Part shown: in pieces, positions 6,814 to 15,567 of the stretch
How the letters are laid out: each line of letters opens with the position of its first letter
Position numbering within the stretch: the first letter of the stretch is position 1
From: a virus
Taxonomy: Duplodnaviria; Caudoviricetes
Virus record (IMG/VR): IMGVR_UViG_3300005332_000004
Location: 1-35,846 of that record
Length of the DNA stretch: 35,846 nt
Strand: one strand, 5' to 3'
Position numbers and translations under genes: made by a program
The notes under the pieces: generated by a model
What the model saw: only the letters and a program-made list of their open reading frames with translations
What the model was told of the DNA's origin: nothing
Database searches by the model: none

Positions 6814-6843
6814 CAACTTGACACCACACCGGGAATGGTGTGG
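6810..6843 (+). promoter_or_regulatory. Operator-like site overlapping a TTGACA -35, with adjacent hairpin
   Basis: ATGACA-ACT-TGACAC (6810-6824); TTGACA 6818-6823; CCACACC/GGTGTGG inverted repeat 6824-6843. Confidence 0.55.
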
Positions 6844-6925
6844 AAATCCAACCGCCGGTCCTTAACCGGGCCGCCCTCGATCTGCCGCGCCATCGCTAAT
6901 AATCCTTAAGACATGGAGAAAGACC

Positions 6926-7261
6926 ATGGACGCGATCGCGTGCGGCCAACTCATCCGCCAACGCCGCCGGCAACTCAACTTGTCACAACGCGACCTCGCC
7001 AAGCTCGTCGGTTGCCATATGCAGACCATCGACAAGATCGAGCGCGCCGAGATCAAGTTTTCCCGCTACCATCCGATCGTCTATAGCGTGCTCGGGATCA
7101 CCGAGCCGCTGCCGTCACCAAAGCCCGCGCCCAAGCGTAACGAGCCGATGCAGCATGAAACGGCGCCGGCCGAACTACGCGACGCGCTCGCTCGCGTTGC
7201 CTGCGATATCGCCCAAGTTGCCCGCAGTCTCGCCGCCTTGGTAAAAACCCTGCCGGCTTGA
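6926..7261 (+). CDS. XRE-family HTH regulator (111 aa), paralog of the repressor N-domain
   Basis: IRQRRRQLNLSQRDLAKLVGCHMQTIDKIE; GGAG RBS. Confidence 0.85.
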   Translation: MDAIACGQLIRQRRRQLNLSQRDLAKLVGCHMQTIDKIERAEIKFSRYHPIVYSVLGITEPLPSPKPAPKRNEPMQHETAPAELRDALARVACDIAQVARSLAALVKTLPA

Positions 7262-7282
7262 TCACAGCCAAGCCAAACGAAA

Positions 7283-7308
7283 GCGGCCGGAGCATCAGCC
7301 CCGGCCGC
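7283..7308. terminator. Hairpin between convergent genes (probable terminator)
   Basis: GCGGCCGG/CCGGCCGC stem flanked by AAA and CATTT. Confidence 0.55.
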
Positions 7309-7312
7309 CATT

Positions 7313-7660
7313 TCAATCCTTTCTCCGGCGCCACGCGTATCGGCGCGCCGGGTCCTTCGCGACCCACTGCCGGCAAAATTCCTCGGCAGCTTCGAGCGTC
7401 CCGTTGACTTGCTTCGTCCGCGCGCTCGCCAGCAGGCCGAAGTCCTGTAGACCCGAGTCGTATCGGACCGAATGCCCGTAAAGGCTTTCAACGATCTCGA
7501 CACCGACGATGCCGCGCCGGGCTTGCTCGCGCTGCAGGGCGCAAAGGTCGGTGCTCGCGAAGCCGGCGCCGGTCCGCTGGCAACGGCTAACCGTCTCTGC
7601 GCTCAACGCGTCAACGAGCGGCTCGCCCGCGACGATCACCATCCATTCTTGCTTGATCAT
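7313..7660 (-). CDS. Hypothetical phage protein (115 aa)
   Basis: GGAGGAG RBS; ATGA coupling. Confidence 0.75.
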   Translation of the reverse strand: MIKQEWMVIVAGEPLVDALSAETVSRCQRTGAGFASTDLCALQREQARRGIVGVEIVESLYGHSVRYDSGLQDFGLLASARTKQVNGTLEAAEEFCRQWVAKDPARRYAWRRRKD

Positions 7661-7872
7661 GTCTTCTCCTCCAACTTTTCGGCGACGATCGCCAGCACGC
7701 TCGGGCTCAATTCGAACTTGAACCGGCCGCGAATCTCGAACGGGATCGGCACCGGATGAATGTAGAAGTCCGGCCCCTCGAACGCCTCATACAGCGGGCC
7801 GATCAGCTTGCGGCACTCGGCGCGCGCTGCACGGATGGCGCCCGATCGCGTGGCAAACGTGCGCTCGGTCAT
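7657..7872 (-). CDS. Hypothetical protein (71 aa)
   Basis: MTERTFATRSGAIRAA...; starts 2 nt after the upstream stop. Confidence 0.65.
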   Translation of the reverse strand: MTERTFATRSGAIRAARAECRKLIGPLYEAFEGPDFYIHPVPIPFEIRGRFKFELSPSVLAIVAEKLEEKT

Positions 7873-7874
7873 TG

Positions 7875-8033
7875 TCAACCTTTCTTGGCGGCGGACCGCA
7901 CGATCTCGCGGCGCATGCCGGGGCTCAACGCCTCCCATTCGGCGAGCGACACCGTGGCGCCGACAGCGCCAGCAGCGATTGCTTCCGCGAGCGACGGCGT
8001 TGGCGTCGCGGCCTTGTAGGTCCAGTAAGTCAT
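7875..8033 (-). CDS. Hypothetical protein (52 aa)
   Basis: MTYWTYKAATPTPSL...; AAGGGAG RBS; lies in the non-overlapping tail of the 7875-8912 shadow ORF. Confidence 0.6.
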   Translation of the reverse strand: MTYWTYKAATPTPSLAEAIAAGAVGATVSLAEWEALSPGMRREIVRSAAKKG

Positions 8034-8075
8034 GATCGGCTCCCTTCGCCCGTTATATAAGCCGCCCCGGCCCTG

Positions 8076-8158
8076 GTGACAAGATGGCACCCTTGCGACA
8101 TTTTGGCGTATTTTTCTTGTGGTGACATCTTGACACCAAACCCCTCCGCCCCCATATT
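8076..8158. promoter_or_regulatory. Divergent promoter region with three operator-like palindromes
   Basis: GTGACA-AGA-TGGCAC (8076-8090), GCGACA-TTT-TGGCGT (8095-8109), GTGACA-TCT-TGACAC (8122-8136); TTGACA(8130)-N17-CATATT(8153). Confidence 0.7.
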
Positions 8159-8183
8159 CGTCCTGTAAGGAACGGAGACACTG

Positions 8184-8990
8184 ATGACTGCGCTTTTCAC
8201 CCGCTACGGCACCGAGATGGCCGCCACCCATCGCAGCGAAAAGGGCAAGCCGATCGCCATCGTGCCGCGCAAGTGCGGACGCTGCGGCGGCGCCGGTGGC
8301 CACGAAATGTGGCGCCACACCGGTTGGACCTGCTACGACTGCGGCGGCACCGGCAAGCACAAGAACGGCCCGGAACACGTGCGGCTCTACACCGGCGAGG
8401 AACTCGCCAAGCTCAACGCCGCGGCCGAGAAGCGGGCCGCCAAAAAGGCCGCCAAGGTCGCGGCCGAGGTCGCCGCCGCCAAGGCGGAAGCGGAAGCCCG
8501 GCGCGGCGAGTTCATGGCCGCCCACGGCGCGCTCCTCGCCAAGGCCGAACCCTACAAGGGCAAGTCCGAATTCGTCGCCAGCGTGCTCGCCAAGGCCACC
8601 GAGCGGGCCGAGATCAGCGAAAAGGCCGCCGCGGCGCTTGCCGCCGCGGTCGAACGGATCGCCGCCGAAGAGGCGCGGAAAGCCACCGCCGGCTACATCG
8701 GCACGGTGGGCGAGCGGATCAAGGGCCTCAAGGTCACGGTGATGTACGTCGCCAGCTTCGCCGCCCCCGGCTTCAGCTACCGGAACGCCATGCGGACCTT
8801 CAACATCGTCAGCATGCGGACCGCGGAAGGCAACACAGTGGTGGTGAAATCGTCCAGCTTCTACGCCGAGAAGGGCGAGACCCTCACCATCACCGGCACG
8901 GTCAAGGAACACTCGGAATACAGGGGCGAAAAACAGACCCGGCTCGAACGGGTCAAGATCGAGGAGGTGGCGGCCGCAGCCGCCGCCTGA
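8184..8990 (+). CDS. Zn-finger / helical / OB-fold-like putative nucleic-acid-binding protein (268 aa)
   Basis: CGRCGGAG and CYDCGGTG DnaJ-type Zn repeats; Ala/Lys helix; C-terminal YIGTVGER...ITGTVKEHSEYRGEKQTRLER. Confidence 0.8.
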   Translation: MTALFTRYGTEMAATHRSEKGKPIAIVPRKCGRCGGAGGHEMWRHTGWTCYDCGGTGKHKNGPEHVRLYTGEELAKLNAAAEKRAAKKAAKVAAEVAAAKAEAEARRGEFMAAHGALLAKAEPYKGKSEFVASVLAKATERAEISEKAAAALAAAVERIAAEEARKATAGYIGTVGERIKGLKVTVMYVASFAAPGFSYRNAMRTFNIVSMRTAEGNTVVVKSSSFYAEKGETLTITGTVKEHSEYRGEKQTRLERVKIEEVAAAAAA

Positions 8991-9023
8991 TCCTACGTAT
9001 TGCCTGTGCGGATGGCCTCTTTT

Positions 9024-9293
9024 TTATGCGCGCCCCTCCACATCGGGTTGCCCCTCGAATCTCCTGATTTGTTCTTTGAGCATCGTCACTACATCGGTGC
9101 GGTTCGCATTGGAAATGTAATTGCACCTCCCGCCGTGGCCCGCGAACGGAAACACCATCAGCACGAATCCGGTTTGCCGCTCGGTCCCGGTCCGCCCGCC
9201 GTTCAACATGCTGTCGAGCAAGCGCGCAATCTCGTTCATCCGCTCGCGAAAGCGCGGCTCAATCGGTGCGTCGCCTAGTCCGTGCGCTGGCAT
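9024..9293 (-). CDS. Hypothetical phage protein (89 aa)
   Basis: GFVLMVFPF...CNYISNA motif; GGAGG RBS. Confidence 0.7.
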   Translation of the reverse strand: MPAHGLGDAPIEPRFRERMNEIARLLDSMLNGGRTGTERQTGFVLMVFPFAGHGGRCNYISNANRTDVVTMLKEQIRRFEGQPDVEGRA

Positions 9294-9726
9294 GGTTTGC
9301 CTCCATCATCTCAAAAAATCGCGACGATGGCGGGTCCGGCCAGCGCCACAATACCATGTTGTTGATTGCAATGTGCGGGCGCACCACCGTGCCAGCCGCA
9401 ATCGCTTGTTCAACCTGAGCAACCGACGAAAAGAACACCGGCGACCATGCCGGCGGTTCGAGGTCGACCGTCGCGCCGCGCTCATCAACGGCATAAATCA
9501 CGCTCGCCCCTGCATAGAGTCGGCCGTTGATCGCATAAAGCGCCTGATGCGCCGGCTCGAACAGGCCATACTCATAAACCACGATCGCCGTCGCGCGATC
9601 GATCATCGCGTGATCGCATTGATCGCGATCTAGCCCGATCATGTCGCGTGCCGCGTCAAGATCGGCAACGTCGACAATTTCCACACGCCGCGAGACCGGC
9701 ATGACAAGTCCGAATTTCATTTTCAA
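9259..9726 (-). CDS. Hypothetical protein (155 aa)
   Basis: Globular composition; in a - strand operon. Confidence 0.65.
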   Translation of the reverse strand: MKMKFGLVMPVSRRVEIVDVADLDAARDMIGLDRDQCDHAMIDRATAIVVYEYGLFEPAHQALYAINGRLYAGASVIYAVDERGATVDLEPPAWSPVFFSSVAQVEQAIAAGTVVRPHIAINNMVLWRWPDPPSSRFFEMMEANHASARTRRRTD

Positions 9727-9831
9727 TGCCTCGGCTGTCTTTCCTCATGTTCGAGGAGTTCGGCTAGCTCGGGGCGCAAGGCCGCCGGCCAAGCTTTGCC
9801 TGTGCCCGGCATAGCGGCGTGTCGCGTTCGT

Positions 9832-9990
9832 TCACTGCCATGGCATCACCCCGCGCCACCACCACGCCACCACCACGCCGATCAGCGTGCCGGTTGTCGC
9901 CGCCGCCACGGTGGCGCAATAGGCTAGCACGCTGGCGCGCAACTCGCGCCGCCGCCGCGCGCGCTCATACTCGCCGAGAATGTCGAGCAT
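9832..9990 (-). CDS. Small single-TM protein (52 aa)
   Basis: MLDILGEY...TLIGVVVAWWWR; GGGAGG RBS. Confidence 0.55.
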   Translation of the reverse strand: MLDILGEYERARRRRELRASVLAYCATVAAATTGTLIGVVVAWWWRGVMPWQ

Positions 9991-10124
9991 GGGCCTCCCC
10001 GCGGGGGAGGTGCCCCGTCGACGCGCTGTCCTCCCCCGCATTATGGGCCTGATTGGGTTGGTTGTGTACGTGACTTAAGACTCCCTTGGGTGCATCGACG
10101 CGGCGATTACAGCAAATGCCCCGT

Positions 10125-10352
10125 TCATGGCCGTTTCACCAATAGCTCGATCGCAAACATTCCGGCGTGCCGCTGGCACATCGGCTTGCCGTCGATCACG
10201 AACGACGCATAGGCGCCGCACAGCGATGGCGGCGTTTCGCCCAATCGCCACACTTGCGCCTCGCACGTGCGCGCATCATTTCTATCCAAACGCTCGGCCC
10301 ACCTGTGCGTGCCCTCGCACGTTTCGCTCCCGCACATTGGACACCGCATCAT
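10125..10352 (-). CDS. Cys-rich small protein (75 aa)
   Basis: CPMCG...C...C...MCQRH; ATGA coupling. Confidence 0.6.
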   Translation of the reverse strand: MMRCPMCGSETCEGTHRWAERLDRNDARTCEAQVWRLGETPPSLCGAYASFVIDGKPMCQRHAGMFAIELLVKRP

Positions 10353-10558
10353 GATGGCTCACCAATGAACAGCGGCCCCGGCGGCTCGCGCTCGGCAAGC
10401 GCGCGGTAGTCGGCAGCGATCTCCTCCATCAACGCGATCTCGCGCCGCGCCTCGGCCTCGCCCATGGTGCCGCGCGCGATGCGCTCGGGATAAACCCGCA
10501 AGCGCCAGCGCACTTCGCGCTCGGCACACTTGAGCTTGTCAACCGCGCTCGCCATCAT
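10349..10558 (-). CDS. Hypothetical phage protein (69 aa)
   Basis: KLKCAEREVRWRLRVYP...EIALMEEIAADY; coupled on both sides. Confidence 0.7.
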   Translation of the reverse strand: MMASAVDKLKCAEREVRWRLRVYPERIARGTMGEAEARREIALMEEIAADYRALAEREPPGPLFIGEPS

Positions 10559-10836
10559 GCCGCCTTGTCATCATCGCGTCGAGCGACCGGCGGCTGCAGA
10601 CCGGCGAGCTTAACCTGCAGACACAAGTTCTCGATCTCCAATTTGAGCTTGTTGCAACTCGGCGTGTGCCACGTCTCAAGGTTCGGCACCGGCTCGCCAG
10701 CCTGGAGATCGCCGCGCGCCACCAGCTTGTCGCGCCGGCGGCAATCGTTGCAACGCCTTGTGTGTTCGTGCGCGATCCGTCGCGCCTCGATCGCGATTTG
10801 CTCGTTGAGCAAGAACTGTCGCAATGGTTTTGTCAT
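10555..10836 (-). CDS. Hypothetical protein (93 aa)
   Basis: MTKPLRQFLL...; TAATG coupling. Confidence 0.6.
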   Translation of the reverse strand: MTKPLRQFLLNEQIAIEARRIAHEHTRRCNDCRRRDKLVARGDLQAGEPVPNLETWHTPSCNKLKLEIENLCLQVKLAGLQPPVARRDDDKAA

Positions 10837-10940
10837 TACACCCTCATCACCACCGTGTTGGCCATGGCGATCACAAACACCGCCACGGCAATCGCCAGTG
10901 CGATCCATGCCAGAATGCGAAACCCGTTGCGCCCGTCCAT
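10836..10940 (-). CDS. Tiny membrane peptide (34 aa)
   Basis: MDGRNGFRILAWIALAIAVAVFVIAMANTVVMRV; fills the gap exactly between helicase stop and the next start. Confidence 0.5.
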   Translation of the reverse strand: MDGRNGFRILAWIALAIAVAVFVIAMANTVVMRV

Positions 10941-12373
10941 CACCATCCCATTTGCTCTGGCGCGCGCGCCGCCGAGATCGGCTTGAGCGCGATGCCGCGG
11001 AAGCCGCGCAAGCTTTCCGTTCGCCGATATGTAAAACCCTTTGACATCAGGCATTGCGAGAACGCCCGCATTGATCCGATGTATTCGCCACGATCCTCGG
11101 CCCACTTGCGCCACGATGCATACAGCGCTGATGAGGCGGTGAACGCTTGCGGGTCCTTGCGGCATTCTTCTTCTATGAAGCTGCCAACCGCGTCCTCGCT
11201 GTCGAGATATTCCGCCGTTGCGTCGCGCACCACCGGCGGCGGATCGAGGCCCTGGACAAGGAACGCCATGGTGCCATCGATCGCCCACCTCAAGATCGCC
11301 GGGTATTCTTTTTTGAGTTGCTCTTTCAGCGACTCGTCGCGCTCATCGTCCTCGATCGTGATCGAGAACGGCACGAGATGCAGCCGCCGCCTGATCGCCT
11401 TGTCGACCGACTGCAGCGCCGGCTTGTGATTGCCGACGATCACCAGCTTGAATGCCGGCGTATACTCGAACGAGTCAGCCCGCATGAAGCGCGCCCGAAT
11501 GGAGTCACCGCCGGTCAGGAGTTTCACCTTTGACTCCGACCACCTTTTGTTCTGTTCCGTTTCCACGGCAGTGACAAGGCGTGCACCGCGCAACACCGCC
11601 AACTCCTCCGGATGGTGCTCGAACTGGCCGGCGGTGAATGTCTCGATCGCCGCCGTGGTCGCATAGTCGCCCATGATTTTGGAAATCGTTTGGAGAAACG
11701 TGCCCTTGCCGTTCTGCCCGGTGCCGTACAAGAAAAATAAAACCTCCTCCGCAGTGCCGCCGGTCAGACAATAGCCCACCATCCTTTGCAGGAACGTCTG
11801 TAAGCCATCATCACCGCCGGTGATCTTGCCGAGAAAGCGGAGCCACAGCGGACATCCGCCCTCGCTCGGCGGGCACTCGGTGACCTTGCTGCAGTAATCG
11901 ATGCGCCGGTGCGCACGCATCTCGCCAGTGTCGAGTTCGATCGTGCCGGTCGGCGTGTTGAGAATGCGCGGGTTGCGATCGAATGCATCGGCATCGATCG
12001 CCAGCTTTGCCAGCGTGCGCGCGCGTTGCTCTACCGCCGACACGAAGCCCCACATCTCCACCTTTTTGCGATCCTTCGGCCGTTCCTTGCCAATCTCGCA
12101 ACAGAGCGTGCCCGCCAAATCGACGGCGCGCCCGGTGCGATCCATCTTCCACCGTCCGCCGGTGAACACCATCCACTCGCCAAACTCGCGCACATAGCGC
12201 AAGCGGTTGGCGTGCCGCTTGGCGAACTCGCTCGCCACCGCCTCGGTGGTGATCTGGAATTCGGGCAGCATGTATGCCGGCACGTTGGTGCGGATCGGGA
12301 TCACGTTGTCGCCAGCGAGCCCCTCGCCCGGCCGCGGTTCACCGTGCTCGCCGTCATCGTCCGTCATTCTCAA
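10940..12373 (-). CDS. Phage/plasmid P4-family (D5-like) SF3 helicase
   Basis: D5_N-like region (LNTPTGTIEL), Walker A YGTGQNGKGT, LRGARLVTAVE, KLLTGGD, GNHKP, AIRRR. Confidence 0.92.
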   Translation of the reverse strand: MRMTDDDGEHGEPRPGEGLAGDNVIPIRTNVPAYMLPEFQITTEAVASEFAKRHANRLRYVREFGEWMVFTGGRWKMDRTGRAVDLAGTLCCEIGKERPKDRKKVEMWGFVSAVEQRARTLAKLAIDADAFDRNPRILNTPTGTIELDTGEMRAHRRIDYCSKVTECPPSEGGCPLWLRFLGKITGGDDGLQTFLQRMVGYCLTGGTAEEVLFFLYGTGQNGKGTFLQTISKIMGDYATTAAIETFTAGQFEHHPEELAVLRGARLVTAVETEQNKRWSESKVKLLTGGDSIRARFMRADSFEYTPAFKLVIVGNHKPALQSVDKAIRRRLHLVPFSITIEDDERDESLKEQLKKEYPAILRWAIDGTMAFLVQGLDPPPVVRDATAEYLDSEDAVGSFIEEECRKDPQAFTASSALYASWRKWAEDRGEYIGSMRAFSQCLMSKGFTYRRTESLRGFRGIALKPISAARAPEQMGW

Positions 12374-13281
12374 GCCCTCAATCGATACTCATCAGCGAAG
12401 TCCGCACCTCGATCATTGATCATCACCCCCACCGCCTCATGCCCAGCGTAGAGGTAGCGCGCGATAAGAAACGCCGCCGCGTCCTGGCCGGCGCGGTCGT
12501 TGTCCGCTGCGACGATCAGCTTGCGCACGTGCGGAAGCACCGGGAACGATTTCATGCCGCTGGTGCTCGCCAGCGCCCACATCGGCGAGGCCCCGCGCAT
12601 GATGCAAGCGAGGCCGGTTTCCAAGCCCTCGCACACCGTCAGATGCGCCGGTGCCAACGCAACATCGATCAGCTTGATGGCGGTACCGCCGGCCGGCCCT
12701 AGCTCCATCGGCATGCCGTCCTTGTCGCCGTGGCGATTCAAAAACGTGCGATGGATCGCCTGCGGCGTGTTGCTGTAGGCGCCGCGCATGAGCGCAACCA
12801 TGGCCGGTTGGCGCCCATGCTCGCGCGGGCACCGCGGATGAAAGCGGATCGTGTCGGTAAGAAGCGCGCGCCACCACGCCGGTGTGCCGCAGTCGACGCC
12901 GCGCCACCATGTCAAATAGAACTCGACCGGCGTGCCGATCGCCGGCACCGCCTCATTCCAGATGCGCAGCGCATGCGCCGTCGCCTCGGCGCGCGCCCGC
13001 TCCTCGCGCTCCTCGCGCTCGCGCCGCAGCCGTCGCAGCCGCGCCCGCTCCTCGCGCGTCATCGCCCGCGGCCTCGATCCGTTCCACAGGCCGAGCCGCA
13101 CCAGCGCCGTGATCACTTCGCGCGACGTACAGCCGGCGAGGCAGCGCACCTGCACCGAGGTGTGGCCGTCATAGATGATGAGGCTCGGATCACGATCGGG
13201 ATGCGCCGGACACTTGGCCGCGTATTGTCGCCCGCGGCGTTTGCCGCCGAGCGCCTCGGCCAGTGTCGCCGCATCGGTCAT
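12370..13281 (-). CDS. Toprim-domain primase with N-terminal Zn-binding domain (303 aa)
   Basis: CPAHPDRDPSL...CLAGC; IHRTFL; VCEGLETGL; AADND..G. Confidence 0.88.
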   Translation of the reverse strand: MTDAATLAEALGGKRRGRQYAAKCPAHPDRDPSLIIYDGHTSVQVRCLAGCTSREVITALVRLGLWNGSRPRAMTREERARLRRLRREREEREERARAEATAHALRIWNEAVPAIGTPVEFYLTWWRGVDCGTPAWWRALLTDTIRFHPRCPREHGRQPAMVALMRGAYSNTPQAIHRTFLNRHGDKDGMPMELGPAGGTAIKLIDVALAPAHLTVCEGLETGLACIMRGASPMWALASTSGMKSFPVLPHVRKLIVAADNDRAGQDAAAFLIARYLYAGHEAVGVMINDRGADFADEYRLRA

Positions 13282-13523
13282 GACCCGTTTCCCCACCGCG
13301 CCCGCGCCGCGATGCTCGCGATCTCCGATCGGCGCTCAGGAGACAATGCCGCCGCCCGCGCGGCGCCGCCTTTCTGCTTTCCCTTGAGCTTAGGCACGTA
13401 GCGCCGATACGGCGGCAGGCGCCGATCGCACGTGCGCTTATGATCTTCATTCGGTCCACAGCCGCATGTCGGGCAGTTTGTCCATGCATCCTGTACCGGG
13501 TAGCCGTCGCGATCAAAAGTCAT
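13278..13523 (-). CDS. Small basic protein with KGG..ARA..LSPERRSEIA..AA.ARW motif (81 aa)
   Basis: Motif common in small phage nucleic-acid-binding proteins; N-terminal CPTC; ATGA coupling. Confidence 0.7.
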   Translation of the reverse strand: MTFDRDGYPVQDAWTNCPTCGCGPNEDHKRTCDRRLPPYRRYVPKLKGKQKGGAARAAALSPERRSEIASIAARARWGNGS

Positions 13524-13858
13524 GACACCTGCCGCGCCGCTTGCTCGCACTCGATCGCGGCAATGTGTGTGAGCACCTCACGCTCGGTGATCAGAAACTG
13601 ATCGCCCCACCCGGCGACAACGCGGAATTTGAATTGCTGATAAAGCTGCACCGCGCGCTCATCGTCGTGCAACACCTTGCACAGAATCGCGAGCGCCAAC
13701 TGTGCGGGGCCCGAGCCGCCATAGCCCCATTCGAATCCGCACGGCGAGTGATTGAACAGGTCGCGCCGCGCGCTCAACAGATGGCCGCGCCCACCATCTG
13801 CCCATCGCACTTGCGGGGTGCCGTCACGTTCGCGCCATCCCCAAAAATACCGCTCCAT
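13520..13858 (-). CDS. DUF6166-like protein
   Basis: NHSPCGFEWGYGGSGPAQLALAIL signature. Confidence 0.8.
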   Translation of the reverse strand: MERYFWGWRERDGTPQVRWADGGRGHLLSARRDLFNHSPCGFEWGYGGSGPAQLALAILCKVLHDDERAVQLYQQFKFRVVAGWGDQFLITEREVLTHIAAIECEQAARQVS

Positions 13859-14144
13859 GTTGTTCGCTCCCGGCCATCCGCCTCAGGCGGAAAAAGCCCC
13901 CGCGCCCATCGATGCGAAAACCCGTTTCCTCGATCTTGTCGTTGATCTGGTGCACGTGCACGAGCATCGTCTTGCGCTTCACGCAGCGCTCGCCGAACAC
14001 CAGCGCATAGAGTTCATCACCGTGAATGCCGTCCGGCCCGGCGCGCTGCACCGTGTCGAACACCCGCGCCTTGAGTTCCGACAGGCGCACGCCGAGCCGC
14101 TCGATTGGCAATGATTGGCCGCAGCATGTGCACACCCGCGGCAT
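13824..14144 (-). CDS. Winged-helix (OmpR C-terminal-like) DNA-binding protein
   Basis: CTCCGQ N-terminus; LSELKARVF...LYALVFG...TMLVHVHQINDKI...GFFRL. Confidence 0.7.
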   Translation of the reverse strand: MPRVCTCCGQSLPIERLGVRLSELKARVFDTVQRAGPDGIHGDELYALVFGERCVKRKTMLVHVHQINDKIEETGFRIDGRGGFFRLRRMAGSEQHGAVFLGMART

Positions 14145-14150
14145 CGGTGT

Positions 14151-14576
14151 TCACCACGTGTTGAACCCGGAGCGCACCGCGCCCCATTGCTTCAATACGG
14201 CGATCGCATCGGGGTAGTTGTCGGCGAACGCGTGCGCGTAGCCGTTGGCGCCGCACCAAAACGCAAATTCGGCTTGCGCATCGGTCACCTTGCCGAGGCC
14301 CGGCCGCTTCAATTCGAGCCAGTGCGCGCCGCCTTTGTGCGGTGCGAGAAGGAGGAAGTCAGGCCACCCGCGCGTGACACCCATGCGGTGTAAGCGGGCC
14401 GCGGTAATCGGTCTCCGCTCCTCACCCATCGGCATGTGAGTCCACAGCCAGCCCGGCGTTGCCCATTTACGCAGCGTGTCGGCGACCATGCATTGAAGGG
14501 GAAATTCAAGCGGTGGCGGTGCTTTTACACCGCGTTGTTTCGGACCTTTGAACAAATGGAGTTGCCGCGAGTCCAT
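14151..14576 (-). CDS. VRR-NUC domain nuclease
   Basis: E..LQ...MGVTRGWPD...LELKRPG.GK.TDAQ. Confidence 0.88.
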   Translation of the reverse strand: MDSRQLHLFKGPKQRGVKAPPPLEFPLQCMVADTLRKWATPGWLWTHMPMGEERRPITAARLHRMGVTRGWPDFLLLAPHKGGAHWLELKRPGLGKVTDAQAEFAFWCGANGYAHAFADNYPDAIAVLKQWGAVRSGFNTW

Positions 14577-14799
14577 GCGGCGCTCCCGGTTATCCTGCTG
14601 ATGATGGTCGACTTTTTAAGACGGAGGCCAGCCTAACCCTTTTTAACCCGGCCGCCTAGCCCACCCTCCGGGGTGTCATTTTGCCTCGGATGGTAGACAA
14701 CGTAAGTAATCGCTCATAAGCTGTAGTAAGCGCTAGGCTGAGGAGGCCGCGAGGGATTACGGGACGGCCGCGCAAAAATTTAATAGAGGGAAGAAAGGG

Positions 14800-15537
14800 A
14801 TGAATGCAATGGAGCAACCACACGGGGGTGCAAGCGCGATCGCGGAAATGATTCGCGCCAAACGTCTGGAGATGAATCTTTCACAGGCCGAACTTGCACA
14901 AAAGATCGGATCGCACGCACAGACAATTCATAAGATCGAAGCCGGGATCATCAAATATTCCCGATACTTTGACACGATCGGACGCGTGCTGAATCTGGAG
15001 CTTGCCGATACCTGGGCCGGGCGCAGCATGCCGCCGCTGAATCCTGAATTGCGGGCACAGCCCGGTTGGGCGAGCGGAACCGGTGCTTTGTTTGGACCGG
15101 GCACGATCCTGGTGCACAGCGCCATGCCGCACGAACGCGATGCGCGCCTGACAATGTTGTCAACGCGCACTGTGGGACGAACCAACGCGCTGCAATGTCT
15201 GCAGCACGTTGCCAATGCCTACGCTTTCCCGATCGTCACCAGCGCCATGGCGCCGGCTTTTGAGATCGGTGATGAGGTGCAGGTGCATCCGTTCCTGCCG
15301 CCGGAGCCCGGCCGTGATGTTGTGCTCTATTCCAAGGCGGCGCCGGTCGGCGACACGAAGGCAGTGTGCGTTGCCCGGCTCATCGACATCGGCGCCAAAA
15401 GCTGGACGCTGGCGCAATGGAGCGGCGCCAGCGAGCGCAAGCTGCGGCCGTTCAAGCCGCACGAGTTCACTCTGTCGCGCGCCGACTACCCGCGGGCGCA
15501 CATCATCGTCGGCAAAAAGATGCGTTGGAATTCGTAA
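14800..15537 (+). CDS. Phage repressor, XRE HTH plus degenerate S24 domain (245 aa)
   Basis: IRAKRLEMNLSQAELAQKIGSHAQTIHKIE; C-terminal AYAF..TSAMAP.FE.GD.V.VHP...G.DVV...VARL; divergent from the replication operon. Confidence 0.85.
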   Translation: MNAMEQPHGGASAIAEMIRAKRLEMNLSQAELAQKIGSHAQTIHKIEAGIIKYSRYFDTIGRVLNLELADTWAGRSMPPLNPELRAQPGWASGTGALFGPGTILVHSAMPHERDARLTMLSTRTVGRTNALQCLQHVANAYAFPIVTSAMAPAFEIGDEVQVHPFLPPEPGRDVVLYSKAAPVGDTKAVCVARLIDIGAKSWTLAQWSGASERKLRPFKPHEFTLSRADYPRAHIIVGKKMRWNS

Positions 15538-15567
15538 CGCTTACCAGCGTATCCTCACCCGATGCAC

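Noticed and set aside
7875-8912. 345-aa - strand ORF
   Set aside because: Mostly antisense to 8184-8990 and crosses a promoter; only the last 52 codons have an RBS and were kept.
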